DNA of 38,337 nt from Flavobacteriales bacterium. Lineage in GTDB: Bacteria; Bacteroidota; Bacteroidia; M30B66. The stretch covers positions 14,547 to 52,883 of the forward strand of contig DAOOQW010000001.1 in the NCBI GenBank assembly GCA_035388945.1. Direction: 5' to 3'. The position numbers and the translations under genes were made by a program. This document shows positions 1 to 8,903 of the stretch, piece by piece; position 1 is the stretch's first letter, and each line of letters begins with the position of its first letter. The notes beneath the pieces are model-generated. The model did not search any database, was not told the DNA's origin, and saw nothing but the letters and a program-made list of their open reading frames with translations.

Positions 1-413
1 AATATTTTCCTGAAATTCTCAGCTTGGATGGATGAGCTTTGGTCAAAGACATTCTCAATTTTAGTAAGTCCGTCGATGATTTTGGCTTCAGTTTCACCAA
101 ACATGGAGCGGATATCTTCGAGCGTAACGTCGGTATCTTCAACTGTATCGTGAAGTAGGGCACAAATAACGGCTGTAGCTCCCAATCCCATTTCACTTAC
201 AGCAATTTGAGCAACAGCAATTGGGTGATAGATATACGGCTCACCCGATTTTCGACGCATGTCCTTGTGGGCATCCAGCGCTAAATCGAAAGCTTTCCGA
301 ATTTGTTGTTTTTCGTGTTTATCGATCTTATCAGCTAAAGGACGCAGCAAAGCCGTGTACCTTTTAAGTATCTCTTTCTTTTCTTTTTCCAGATCGATCA
401 CAGGGGCAGACAT
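1..413 (-). CDS. spoT: Bifunctional (p)ppGpp synthetase/hydrolase (RelA/SpoT family). N-terminal HD-hydrolase part only; the 3' end runs off the window.
   Basis: Not in the ORF track because there is no stop in the window. Hand translation of the reverse strand from ATG 413-411 stays open to position 1: MSAPVIDLEKEKKEILKRYTALLRPLADKIDKHEKQQIRKAFDLALDAHKDMRRKSGEPYIYHPIAVAQIAVSEMGLGATAVICALLHDTVEDTDVTLEDIRSMFGETEAKIIDGLTKIENVFDQSSSIQAENFRKI. It carries the HD motif (LLHDTVEDT) and the SIQAENFRK signature of Rel/SpoT. Confidence 0.9.
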   Translation of the reverse strand, partial: MSAPVIDLEKEKKEILKRYTALLRPLADKIDKHEKQQIRKAFDLALDAHKDMRRKSGEPYIYHPIAVAQIAVSEMGLGATAVICALLHDTVEDTDVTLEDIRSMFGETEAKIIDGLTKIENVFDQSSSIQAENFRKI

Positions 414-506
414 GTTCATTCAGATATACTGTAAAAATAGGGAACACGAGTGCTCTACATCAAGCACCTAAAAAAATTACCAGCGGTAGTATGTTGAAGA
501 AAAAAA

Positions 507-2618
507 TTACTTCGAGATGACCGTTGTCGTTGGTCGTTCCTGATAATTTCGAGTTGGTTCTTCTTTCCAATCACTTTTGTCAGACAAGTACTGATAGATA
601 TCGATTTGAGCTCTGCCGCGTTCTTTAGCAACAGATTTACGATACGTATTGTTCTGAATTTTATTGATAATCCGAGCTTTGGTATTATCATACCATTGAA
701 GACGGAAAATCTCCAATACTTCGTTGCGCAAATCTTCCTGATAGATTGGGAAACCTACTTCGAAACGGCGACTTAAATTACGTTCCATCCAGTCGGCCGA
801 CGATAGATATACCTTAGGTTTATTTTCGTTGCAGAAGATGTAAATCCTGGAATGTTCCAGAAAGCGATCGACAATGCTAATGACTTTGATGTTTTCGCTT
901 AAGCCTTTAATTCCGGGAATTAAACAACATATCCCACGAATAATCAATCGTATTTCCACACCTTCCTGACTTGCTTCGTAGAGCTTATCTATGATAGCAG
1001 CGTCTTGAAGACTGTTGAGTTTTAGATAGATATATGCGTCTTTTTTCTTCAACGCATTTTTTATTTCCTGATCAATAAGCGTGTATAAATCGTGACGCAT
1101 GTGATCGGGTGCCAAAAGAAGGTGCTTGAATTCCCGTTTGATGCGTGTATCAGCTAAAATATCAAACACCGCAGAAACCTCGCGCCCCATGTATTTATCT
1201 TTCGTAAACAAAGAAGAATCACAATACAAGCGAGAAGTATTTTCATGGAAATTTCCCGTGCTTAGGTAAACATACCGTCTGAGTTTATCTTCCATCCGTT
1301 CGATACAAACCATTTTAGCGTGCACTTTAAGAATTGGAAAACTATACAGCACTTTAACTCCAGCCTCTTCTAATTCTTTGGAATAACTGATGTTCGATTC
1401 TTCATCAAATCGAGCTTTTAATTCCACAAATGCAGTAACGTTTTTACCGTTCTGAGCAGCCTTGATAAGTGCTTCAACAACCTTTGAATGAGGAGCAACT
1501 CGATACAAAGTAATTTTGATTGCCTTTACTTTTACATCTTCAGCCGCTTCATTCAAAAAACGAATCACGTAATCATACGAATGATAGGGAAAATGGATGA
1601 GGAAATCACGTTTGCTAATTGCCTCAAACATGGATGGCGATTCATCCAAGGTTTTTTTCTTCAAGCAAGGCAGATTCTCGTAATAAATTCCCTTTTGATC
1701 GAATCGAGGGAAATTCATTAAATCGGAGAAATTGTGATAGCGTCCGCCAGGCAATAAATCCTGATTACCGATGCTAAATATTTTTTTCAAATGCGACAAG
1801 AAATCTGCCGGCATGGCACTGTCATAAAGCAATCGAGTAGGTGTGCCCTTCGCACGATTGCTAAGTCCTCGCTTGATTTTCTTGAGCAAACTTCCAGAGA
1901 ATTCATCTTCTAACATCATTTCCGCATCGCGCGTCAATTTGATGCTGTATGCGTCGATCAATTCATAATCGGGAAATAATTCGTTGATGCATAAACGAAT
2001 CACATCACCTAAAATCATCACATAATGTTGTCCGTTTTTATCAGGTAGAATTAAAAAACGGCTAATTTTTCTGGATGGAATTTCAGTGATAGCATAGTCG
2101 TAAACGCGCGGACCGGGACGATCGAAATCGCAGAGTTTTACGGCTAGATAGATAGATTTTTCGTCCAACTCAGGTGTGTTGCGACGCGTATTTATCATCA
2201 CTGGACGAATATGAGGAAGAACCTTTTCGCGAAAATATTCTTGTACAAAAACAACTTGTTCGGGAGTTAAATTTTTCTCGTTTACTAAGTTGATATTGCG
2301 TCCTTCTAATTCAACAACTATCTGATTCCAGAATATATCGTTGAATTCGTTGAGGTGTTTTTTTACTGTTTTATTTATCTTCTTAATGACTTCTCTTGGA
2401 TCTTCCCGAAGTTCCTTTTTGGTCTTCTTGGTCAGTTCCATTAGTCGCTTCCATTCAGCTACCCGAATGCGGTAAAATTCCTCCAGATTTGAAGAGAAAA
2501 TTGCTAAAAATTTCATGCGCTCATAAAGTGGCACACGTAAATCTTTAGCTTCCTGTAATACCCGTTGATTAAATGAAAGCCAGCTTAAATCACGATTAAA
2601 TGTACGCTTAACACTCAT
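507..2618 (-). CDS. ppk1: Polyphosphate kinase 1
   Basis: 703-aa ORF starting at ATG 2618-2616. It has the FSSNLEEFYRIRV N-terminal signature, the phospho-His context LKVHAKMVCIER, and C-terminal PLD-like repeats (RFLEHSRIYIF). Confidence 0.95.
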   Translation of the reverse strand: MSVKRTFNRDLSWLSFNQRVLQEAKDLRVPLYERMKFLAIFSSNLEEFYRIRVAEWKRLMELTKKTKKELREDPREVIKKINKTVKKHLNEFNDIFWNQIVVELEGRNINLVNEKNLTPEQVVFVQEYFREKVLPHIRPVMINTRRNTPELDEKSIYLAVKLCDFDRPGPRVYDYAITEIPSRKISRFLILPDKNGQHYVMILGDVIRLCINELFPDYELIDAYSIKLTRDAEMMLEDEFSGSLLKKIKRGLSNRAKGTPTRLLYDSAMPADFLSHLKKIFSIGNQDLLPGGRYHNFSDLMNFPRFDQKGIYYENLPCLKKKTLDESPSMFEAISKRDFLIHFPYHSYDYVIRFLNEAAEDVKVKAIKITLYRVAPHSKVVEALIKAAQNGKNVTAFVELKARFDEESNISYSKELEEAGVKVLYSFPILKVHAKMVCIERMEDKLRRYVYLSTGNFHENTSRLYCDSSLFTKDKYMGREVSAVFDILADTRIKREFKHLLLAPDHMRHDLYTLIDQEIKNALKKKDAYIYLKLNSLQDAAIIDKLYEASQEGVEIRLIIRGICCLIPGIKGLSENIKVISIVDRFLEHSRIYIFCNENKPKVYLSSADWMERNLSRRFEVGFPIYQEDLRNEVLEIFRLQWYDNTKARIINKIQNNTYRKSVAKERGRAQIDIYQYLSDKSDWKEEPTRNYQERPTTTVISK

Positions 2619-2619
2619 T

Positions 2620-3114
2620 TTATTGTTTCTTTTTCGGAAAATCTAAATCTTCGAGTTTTCCCATCCCTTTTTCCCATCCGTTCCAACGATTACTATTTAC
2701 ACGAATTCGAGCAACAGCACAAGTTGGAATTTGCGCTTCTTCGGTTCCACATAGCCAATTAATATAATCGCTAACACCCGGATTATGCCCAACCAATAGT
2801 ATTGTATCTATATCAGGATCTTGGCGTGAAATCAAACGAGATAAATCATTCCGTTCTGCTTCGTAGATAGAAGAATCTTGTTTGATTTTTTCTTCCTGAA
2901 GTTTAAAAGCAATGGCCATTAAACGTGCAGTGCTGATAGCTCGCTTAGCCGGACTACTTAACAGAAGTTGAGGTGCAGCACCATTCGTAAGAATACGAAC
3001 AGCCATTTCAGGGGCGTTTTTTATTCCTCGATCTGTTAAAGGCCGATCAAAATCTTTTAACTCTTCCTGCTCCCAGCTAGATTTGGCATGGCGTACAATG
3101 TAGAGTGTTTTCAT
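2620..3114 (-). CDS. sixA: Histidine phosphatase family protein, SixA-type phosphohistidine phosphatase-like
   Basis: 164 aa. It has the RH(A/G) catalytic motif IVRHAKSSW and the distal His LLVGHNPGV, and its size matches SixA. Its stop (2622-2620) lies 1 nt from the ppk1 ATG. Confidence 0.7.
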   Translation of the reverse strand: MKTLYIVRHAKSSWEQEELKDFDRPLTDRGIKNAPEMAVRILTNGAAPQLLLSSPAKRAISTARLMAIAFKLQEEKIKQDSSIYEAERNDLSRLISRQDPDIDTILLVGHNPGVSDYINWLCGTEEAQIPTCAVARIRVNSNRWNGWEKGMGKLEDLDFPKKKQ

Positions 3115-3192
3115 CTGTATCTTTAATGTGACTGCAATGTTAAGTATAAATTAAGCCTTGCTTGGTTGGTATTGAAAAATTTAACATTGGAA

Positions 3193-5019
3193 TTATTTCT
3201 TGTTTTGCCTTTTTCGGGTTTTAGTTTTCTCTACTTGTTCATTCGAATCACTTCCTGATGGAACAAATGTTTTAGAGCTTTCATCCCAGCGTTCTATTTT
3301 ACGTGTGATAGCATGAATTCTAAAACGAAAACGATCATTCCAAGGATCTTTCTTAGAGCGAAAAACGGCAATCTTATAAGGATTTTCGCGAGTTGGTTCT
3401 CCGCTTAAATACATACGTAGTCGTAAATCTTCTCGATCAGTCGTATTTAAATCCTGCCATGTAGGATTCTCTTTCAGCGACTTATCAAACCAAGTAATTT
3501 CAGGCAAAGAGTATAGTGTGTCGGAAATTAAATGGAATGGAAAAAACTTAAATGTCTCTGGCAATCCACCTGATTGTGCTTCACGAATTAATTCGGCACA
3601 TAGCTGTTTTATCTCTGAACTAGGAGCATTGAAATTATTCAGGAGCACCGAAAAAGCTATTTTTCTATCATTTACATCTTTCAAATAACCTGCATATCCT
3701 CTTACACCACCTATACTACCCGATTTTGCTCGCACATTCGGAATTTCCGGAAAGGATTTCATGGAACCACTTTTTCCTGCTTCTGGTATCGTTTTAATGA
3801 AATCTTCAAATCCTGATTGAGATGCTACAGAACGTAGAAAACTGGTTTGAAAAGCAGTACTAATGTGGTTTGTACGGGAAAGTCCGCTGGCATCTTGCAA
3901 AATCATTAGACTATCGGATAAAAACAAGGAATTCTTTAGATAACCACGAATGGCTTGAGCTCCATCTTCAGCACGAGTGCCTATTTTAGCTTGCTTTCCT
4001 AACATTTTTCCAACTGTTTCAGCAAACAAATTATGACTCGTATGATTAATTTCATTTACAATATTCAATAAAGGTGGTGACGCAATCACTCCAAGCGTAT
4101 CACAATTGACTAATGACGAATTTTGAATACCGGCAACTTGACTTTTACCACTAATTCGTATCCCTTTATTTTTCAAATAGGAATCTAATTCACCAATAAA
4201 TTGAGCAGGCGGATTAGGAATAGAACCACGTTCTGTTTGACTTTCACCTTTTGGTTTTTGAACACCATCCAAATAAATGATAGAACTCAAAGGAGCCGAA
4301 TACACATAAATTTCTTCAGGAGTATTTCCAGCTTTTATTGCATTACGGAATTCAACATTATATAACTCTGGAATTGGTCGAGAATACTTGGAGATAGCAC
4401 CAATCGTATCGCCCGGACTAAAACTCATTTGGAAACTATTTTCTCTCCAATTTAATCCATACGAACCTGCACCGTAATAATTTCCTATGTCTTCCCAAGG
4501 CCAGTTGCGAGGAACTGCAGTATGATCAAATCGAAAAAAATATGGATCAATAATTAAATTCCCTTTTATTTTTCGGATACCTTTTTCGTGTAAAATCTGA
4601 TAGATTTTTTCTAGAATATTTTCAGCAGTCATTGCACCTGCTTTCCCGCTACCTAAAGTTGGATCACCACCACCAATCACACATAAATCTCCTCGAAGAA
4701 CATCATCTTTTATTTCACCCTGAATGACGATTTGGGTTTTGAAAGTGAAATCGGCTCCTAATATTTTCAATGCAGCAGCTGTGCTGAATAATTTGGCTGT
4801 TGATGCCGGCATCAGATACGTTTGCTCTTGGTAAGTACTTAAAATCTGCCCCGTTTCTACATCCCGAAAACACCAACTTACCACAGCTCCTTTTGTTGCA
4901 TTCGATTGCATCATTTTTCGAGTGGCTTCAGTAAAAGAATTCGACTGTGCTTGAATGTCAAAACGATTGCTATAAACCAAACATATCAGCAGAATGGTGA
5001 TTCGGGTAAACACTTTCAT
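3193..5019 (-). CDS. dacB: D-alanyl-D-alanine carboxypeptidase/endopeptidase (PBP4, peptidase S13) with a ~119-aa C-terminal extension
   Basis: It has SxxK (STAKLF), SxN (TSHNLF) and KTG-like (AKSGS) motifs and the signal anchor [17 protein letters not shown]. The track start at 5055 is a TTG. The first ATG is 5019, and a perfect -7 box (5031-5024) lies inside the longer ORF. Confidence 0.85.
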   Translation of the reverse strand: MKVFTRITILLICLVYSNRFDIQAQSNSFTEATRKMMQSNATKGAVVSWCFRDVETGQILSTYQEQTYLMPASTAKLFSTAAALKILGADFTFKTQIVIQGEIKDDVLRGDLCVIGGGDPTLGSGKAGAMTAENILEKIYQILHEKGIRKIKGNLIIDPYFFRFDHTAVPRNWPWEDIGNYYGAGSYGLNWRENSFQMSFSPGDTIGAISKYSRPIPELYNVEFRNAIKAGNTPEEIYVYSAPLSSIIYLDGVQKPKGESQTERGSIPNPPAQFIGELDSYLKNKGIRISGKSQVAGIQNSSLVNCDTLGVIASPPLLNIVNEINHTSHNLFAETVGKMLGKQAKIGTRAEDGAQAIRGYLKNSLFLSDSLMILQDASGLSRTNHISTAFQTSFLRSVASQSGFEDFIKTIPEAGKSGSMKSFPEIPNVRAKSGSIGGVRGYAGYLKDVNDRKIAFSVLLNNFNAPSSEIKQLCAELIREAQSGGLPETFKFFPFHLISDTLYSLPEITWFDKSLKENPTWQDLNTTDREDLRLRMYLSGEPTRENPYKIAVFRSKKDPWNDRFRFRIHAITRKIERWDESSKTFVPSGSDSNEQVEKTKTRKRQNKK

Positions 5020-5023
5020 CTTC

Positions 5024-5031
5024 CAAAAGTA
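5024..5031 (-). promoter_or_regulatory. Bacteroidota -7 promoter box TACTTTTG (TAnnTTTG) for dacB
   Basis: The reverse complement of caaaagta is a perfect TAnnTTTG, 4 nt upstream of ATG 5019. A possible -33 TTG lies 21 nt upstream. Confidence 0.45.
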
Positions 5032-5072
5032 AGTTTTCAAACGATTCTTCCCCAATACAAGCTACGAAGGCT

Positions 5073-5080
5073 TATTTTTG
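5073..5080 (+). promoter_or_regulatory. Bacteroidota -7 promoter box TATTTTTG for aroC
   Basis: Perfect TAnnTTTG, 4 nt upstream of ATG 5085. No clear -33 TTG. Confidence 0.4.
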
Positions 5081-5084
5081 CCCC

Positions 5085-6173
5085 ATGGCTGGAAACTCCC
5101 ACGGTGTTTTATTTCGATTTAGTAGCTTCGGGGAATCGCACGGATTAGCGATTGGTGGGCTTATTGACGGATGTCCTGCCGGTTTGAAACTCGATTTGCT
5201 AGCCATACAACATCAACTCGATCGTCGTCGTCCTGGACAATCGAATATCAGCACTAGTCGAAAAGAATCAGACACAGTTCAATTTTTATCGGGCATTTTT
5301 GAGGAGAAAACCACCGGAGCTCCAATTGGATTCACCATTCCAAATTCTGATCAGCATTCGAGCGATTACGATGCGTTGAAAGATGTATATCGCCCTTCAC
5401 ATGCCGATTATACCTATCAAGCCAAATATGGAATTCGGGATCATCGTGGTGGTGGACGATCATCAGCTCGCGAAACGGCAACACGCGTGGTTGCTGGCTC
5501 TGTTGCTCGTCAGTTATTAGCCCTTCAGCACATTAGAATTGTTGCATTTGTAAGTCAAGTGGGTGAGGTGATTCTTCCTTTGCCTACAACTATTCCAAGT
5601 GAGAAACAGGTTGATGAAAGTACCGTTCGTTGTCCCGATTTAGAATTTGCAAAGTCGATGGAAGCCTTGATTTTGCAAGCGAAAGAAGAAGGCGATTCGC
5701 TTGGTGGCGTGATAACATGTATGATTGCTGGAGTTCCTGCAGGTTGGGGCGAACCGGTTTTCGATAAACTTCATGCTGATTTAGGAAAAGCAATGTTGAG
5801 TATCAATGCGGTGAAGGGATTTGAGATTGGTAGTGGCTTTTCGGCTGCTGCCATGCGAGGTTCGGTTCATAACGATGCTTTTATCCAAAACGAACAGGGC
5901 GAGATCCGAACTATAACTAATCACTCTGGAGGTATTCAAGGTGGAATTTCCAATGGAGAACTCATCTACTTTCGAGTAGCATTTAAACCTGTTGCTTCGA
6001 TTCGAATATCTCAAGAAACCGTTTCCCAAGAAACTGGAAACACTAAAATTGAAATTCCTGGTCGCCACGATCCTTGTGTTGTTCCGCGTGCTGTTCCTAT
6101 TGTGGAAGCGATGGCTGCACTTGTACTTGCCGACCATTACCTACGATCTAAAGCAATAAATTCAAACCTTTAA
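5085..6173 (+). CDS. aroC: Chorismate synthase
   Basis: 362 aa, with [15 protein letters not shown] and [11 protein letters not shown] signatures. Confidence 0.95.
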   Translation: MAGNSHGVLFRFSSFGESHGLAIGGLIDGCPAGLKLDLLAIQHQLDRRRPGQSNISTSRKESDTVQFLSGIFEEKTTGAPIGFTIPNSDQHSSDYDALKDVYRPSHADYTYQAKYGIRDHRGGGRSSARETATRVVAGSVARQLLALQHIRIVAFVSQVGEVILPLPTTIPSEKQVDESTVRCPDLEFAKSMEALILQAKEEGDSLGGVITCMIAGVPAGWGEPVFDKLHADLGKAMLSINAVKGFEIGSGFSAAAMRGSVHNDAFIQNEQGEIRTITNHSGGIQGGISNGELIYFRVAFKPVASIRISQETVSQETGNTKIEIPGRHDPCVVPRAVPIVEAMAALVLADHYLRSKAINSNL

Positions 6174-6197
6174 GGTTAATTCTTCAGCTCATCTCCT

Positions 6198-8900
6198 ATG
6201 CTCAAAAAGATTCTTAAAATCACCGGAATTACTTTTCTTCTTCTCTTTATTATGGCTTTGATTTTACCTTTTCTGTTTAAGGATAAAATCATTGCAAAAG
6301 TGAAGGAGGAAGCGAACAAGAATCTCAATGCTAAGCTCGAATTCCGCGATTTAAGTTTAGGGCTAATCAGCAGCTTTCCTAATTTCAATATCGAATTACA
6401 AGGATTGTCATTATCTGGAATAAATGAGTTCAAATCCGACACTCTTATTTCGGCTGAATCACTTGCTATCACTACCGATATCATGAGTGTTATTGGTGGA
6501 GGAGAAATTGCCATTAAATCCATCGATGTAGATAAAGCTCGAATTCACCTGAAAGTTTTAAAAGACGGAAAAGCCAATTGGGACATTACAAAACCATCAG
6601 CTACGCCCGAAACTCCATCTACAGAACCTTCTACTTTCAAAGCTAAATTGCAAGAGTATTCCTTAAAATCGAGCCGTATTTGGTATGAAGATCAAACAAT
6701 GGATTTTACCGCTTTGCTTGATGGAATAAATCACTCTGGATCGGGCGATTTTACTGCCGATGTGACTAATCTAGAAACCCTAACTACAATCGATTCGATG
6801 GATGTAGTTTATGGAGGAATAGCTTATTTGAAACGTGCCAATTTAGAGTACAAAGCCGATTTCAATCTCGACCTAAAAAACTCGGTTTATGCCTTTAAGG
6901 ATAATGAACTCCGATTGAATAATCTTTTACTCAAATTTGCCGGTTCTATTGCAATGCCGGCCAATGATATCACCATGGATATCACGTATGAAGCATTGAA
7001 AAATGATGTAAAGAATTTTATTTCTATCTTCCCGGGTGCTTTTACGAAAGATTTTGAACAGGTTAAATCATCTGGGAAGCTTGCATTCAATGGGTTTGTA
7101 AAAGGCGTTTATAATGAGAAAAGTATTCCAGGGTTTGCCTTTAATCTGCTCATCGAAAACGGATCAATTCAATATCCATCATTACCTCGAGGTATTTCTA
7201 ATTTGCAAGTGAAAACTTCGATTACTTGTCCGGGTGTGGATGTCAACAAAACCGTGATTGATGTATCTAAACTTCACGCCGATTTAGGGCAATTTCCAAT
7301 TGATGCGCACATGATTGTTAAAACACCTATTTCTGATCCGGATATTGATGCAGCAATCAAAGGCAAGGTTGAATTGGGGACATTGAAAGATATGTTACCA
7401 CTTGAAGCAGGTACAAATTTAACTGGTGAAGTTGCTGCTGATGTTAGCTTAAAAGGCCATATGTCAGCTGTTGAGAGTGGTAAATATGAGCAATTTGCTG
7501 CAGCTGGAACTATGTCTGTAGCTCGATTCCGTTATGCTGCAAAGGATTTACCTCAGGAAATTCAAATTAATCAAGCGGCGCTTAATTTCAATCCTAAAGC
7601 TGCACAGCTAAGTCAATTTGACATGCAATTGGGTAAGAGCGATATTCACGCAACAGGAAGCCTCGAGAATTATTTAGCTTATGTTTTCCGGGATGAAGCA
7701 ATTACTGGAAATCTATCTCTAACGAGTAATTTTCTTGATCTAAACCCATTCATGACTACCGAAACCGGAACAACACCTCCACCTAGCAATGCTTCTCAGC
7801 CTGCTGATGTGAATGGGTATATCAGAGTTCCCCAAAACATTGGATTTACCTTGAATTCATCCATAAAAACCTTGCTGTATGATAACATGCGCTTGGAAAA
7901 CGTAAGCGGACAATTATTGGTGAAAGATCAAAGTGTACGATTGAATCAATTAAAAATGAATACGCTAGGTGGTGCAATAACCATGGGAGGTTTATACGAT
8001 ACGCAAAGCGAAACTGGACCATCCGTAGCGCTCATGCTTGATATGAGTAATTTGAATATTCGTGAAACTGCTAAAACATTTAATACAGTAAAACAACTGG
8101 CTCCGATTGCAGAGAATACAACCGGAAGTGCATCTATTAAAAATTTCAATTTCTCTTGTAAAGCTGATAAAGCATTTAATCCAGATTTGAAATCCATTAA
8201 TGGAAGTGGAACTTTGAGTACATCAGCACTCGAAATTGAAGGTTTTGAAATGGTGAAACGCATTGCAGGAGCCTTGAAAATCGACAAGCTTAAAAAATGG
8301 AAAATGGAGCCTGTGAATGCTGGATTTACTATTACCAACGGGAAAGTAACGCTCAAGCCATTTAAAACTAAAATTGGAAATTATGCTACCGAAATTGGTG
8401 GAGAGAATGGATTAGATCAAACAATCAATTACGCTGTTCATATCGATATACCTCGTGCTGAATTTGGTGGTGCTGCGAATTCGGTGTTAAATGGTTTGGT
8501 TTCAAAAGCGAATAGTAACGGACTTCAAACTCAAGTTGGAGATATGATTCCAGTTGCGATATTAGTGACCGGAACTTTTAAAGATCCAAAAGTAAAAACC
8601 GACATTCGGAATCAAGCAAATAATGCGATGAATGACTTGAAAAATCAAGCAGAGCAGCGTTTGAAAGATGAGGCAGAACGTCAGAAAAAAGAATTGCTTG
8701 ATAAAGCAAATGCTGAAAAAGAGCGTTTGAAAAACGAGGCTGAGAATAAAATTAATCAAGAAAAAGAAAAAGCTAAACAAGAATTAGATAAAGCAAAATC
8801 AGAAGCTGAACGTAAAGCGAAAGAAGAGGCCGACAAAGCCAAGAAAAAAGCGGAAGAAGAAGCGAAGAAAAATCTGAATAAATTATTAAAAGGCAAGTAA
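6198..8900 (+). CDS. AsmA-family outer-membrane biogenesis protein with a K/E-rich coiled-coil tail
   Basis: 900 aa. It has an N-terminal TM anchor (ITFLLLFIMALILPFLF) and a long beta-rich body typical of AsmA/TamB-like proteins. The last ~100 aa are a K/E/A-rich low-complexity region. Confidence 0.65.
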   Translation: MLKKILKITGITFLLLFIMALILPFLFKDKIIAKVKEEANKNLNAKLEFRDLSLGLISSFPNFNIELQGLSLSGINEFKSDTLISAESLAITTDIMSVIGGGEIAIKSIDVDKARIHLKVLKDGKANWDITKPSATPETPSTEPSTFKAKLQEYSLKSSRIWYEDQTMDFTALLDGINHSGSGDFTADVTNLETLTTIDSMDVVYGGIAYLKRANLEYKADFNLDLKNSVYAFKDNELRLNNLLLKFAGSIAMPANDITMDITYEALKNDVKNFISIFPGAFTKDFEQVKSSGKLAFNGFVKGVYNEKSIPGFAFNLLIENGSIQYPSLPRGISNLQVKTSITCPGVDVNKTVIDVSKLHADLGQFPIDAHMIVKTPISDPDIDAAIKGKVELGTLKDMLPLEAGTNLTGEVAADVSLKGHMSAVESGKYEQFAAAGTMSVARFRYAAKDLPQEIQINQAALNFNPKAAQLSQFDMQLGKSDIHATGSLENYLAYVFRDEAITGNLSLTSNFLDLNPFMTTETGTTPPPSNASQPADVNGYIRVPQNIGFTLNSSIKTLLYDNMRLENVSGQLLVKDQSVRLNQLKMNTLGGAITMGGLYDTQSETGPSVALMLDMSNLNIRETAKTFNTVKQLAPIAENTTGSASIKNFNFSCKADKAFNPDLKSINGSGTLSTSALEIEGFEMVKRIAGALKIDKLKKWKMEPVNAGFTITNGKVTLKPFKTKIGNYATEIGGENGLDQTINYAVHIDIPRAEFGGAANSVLNGLVSKANSNGLQTQVGDMIPVAILVTGTFKDPKVKTDIRNQANNAMNDLKNQAEQRLKDEAERQKKELLDKANAEKERLKNEAENKINQEKEKAKQELDKAKSEAERKAKEEADKAKKKAEEEAKKNLNKLLKGK

Positions 8901-8903
8901 TAC

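Noticed and set aside
450-467. A hairpin (GTGCT-N8-AGCAC) between ppk1 and spoT, considered as a ppk1 terminator.
   Set aside because: The stem is only 5 bp. On the transcribed (minus) strand the T-run precedes rather than follows the stem. No plus-strand gene ends here.
1488-1721. Antisense or overlapping ORFs from the track that lie inside strongly supported genes: 259-471, 455-691, 1488-1721, 4906-5148, 5590-6137, 6176-6523, 6887-7090, 7946-8356, 9247-9867, 10097-10792, 11429-11826, 12278-12553, 14735-15505, 15932-16135, 17238-17567, 17767-18006, 18607-18801, 19104-19383, 20391-20630, 21243-21437, 23627-24157, 27224-27415, 27797-28096, 32506-33153, 33139-33468, 33913-34191, 35209-35738, 36451-36633, 37499-37681, 37960-38190.
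   Set aside because: Each lies within, or opposite to, an ORF with clear family motifs. Their translations are low-complexity or Cys/Phe/Leu-rich with no recognisable signatures, and no promoter boxes precede them.
5020-5055. Longer N-terminal extensions given by the ORF track for dacB (5055), the orphan (13682), the metallophosphoesterase (27212), RDD (30404), the ALDH (35580), gcvH (37293), the Wzi-like gene (22505), the GT-C-like gene (24407) and the CxxC mini-protein (16886).
   Set aside because: Six of them (dacB, the orphan, the metallophosphoesterase, RDD, the ALDH, gcvH) begin at TTG codons. The dacB, orphan and gcvH extensions also contain a perfect -7 promoter box. The Wzi-like, GT-C-like and CxxC extensions overlap the upstream gene, and the GT-C-like extension additionally contains a -7 box. 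The first ATG gives a sensible signal peptide or a family-typical N-terminus in each case.
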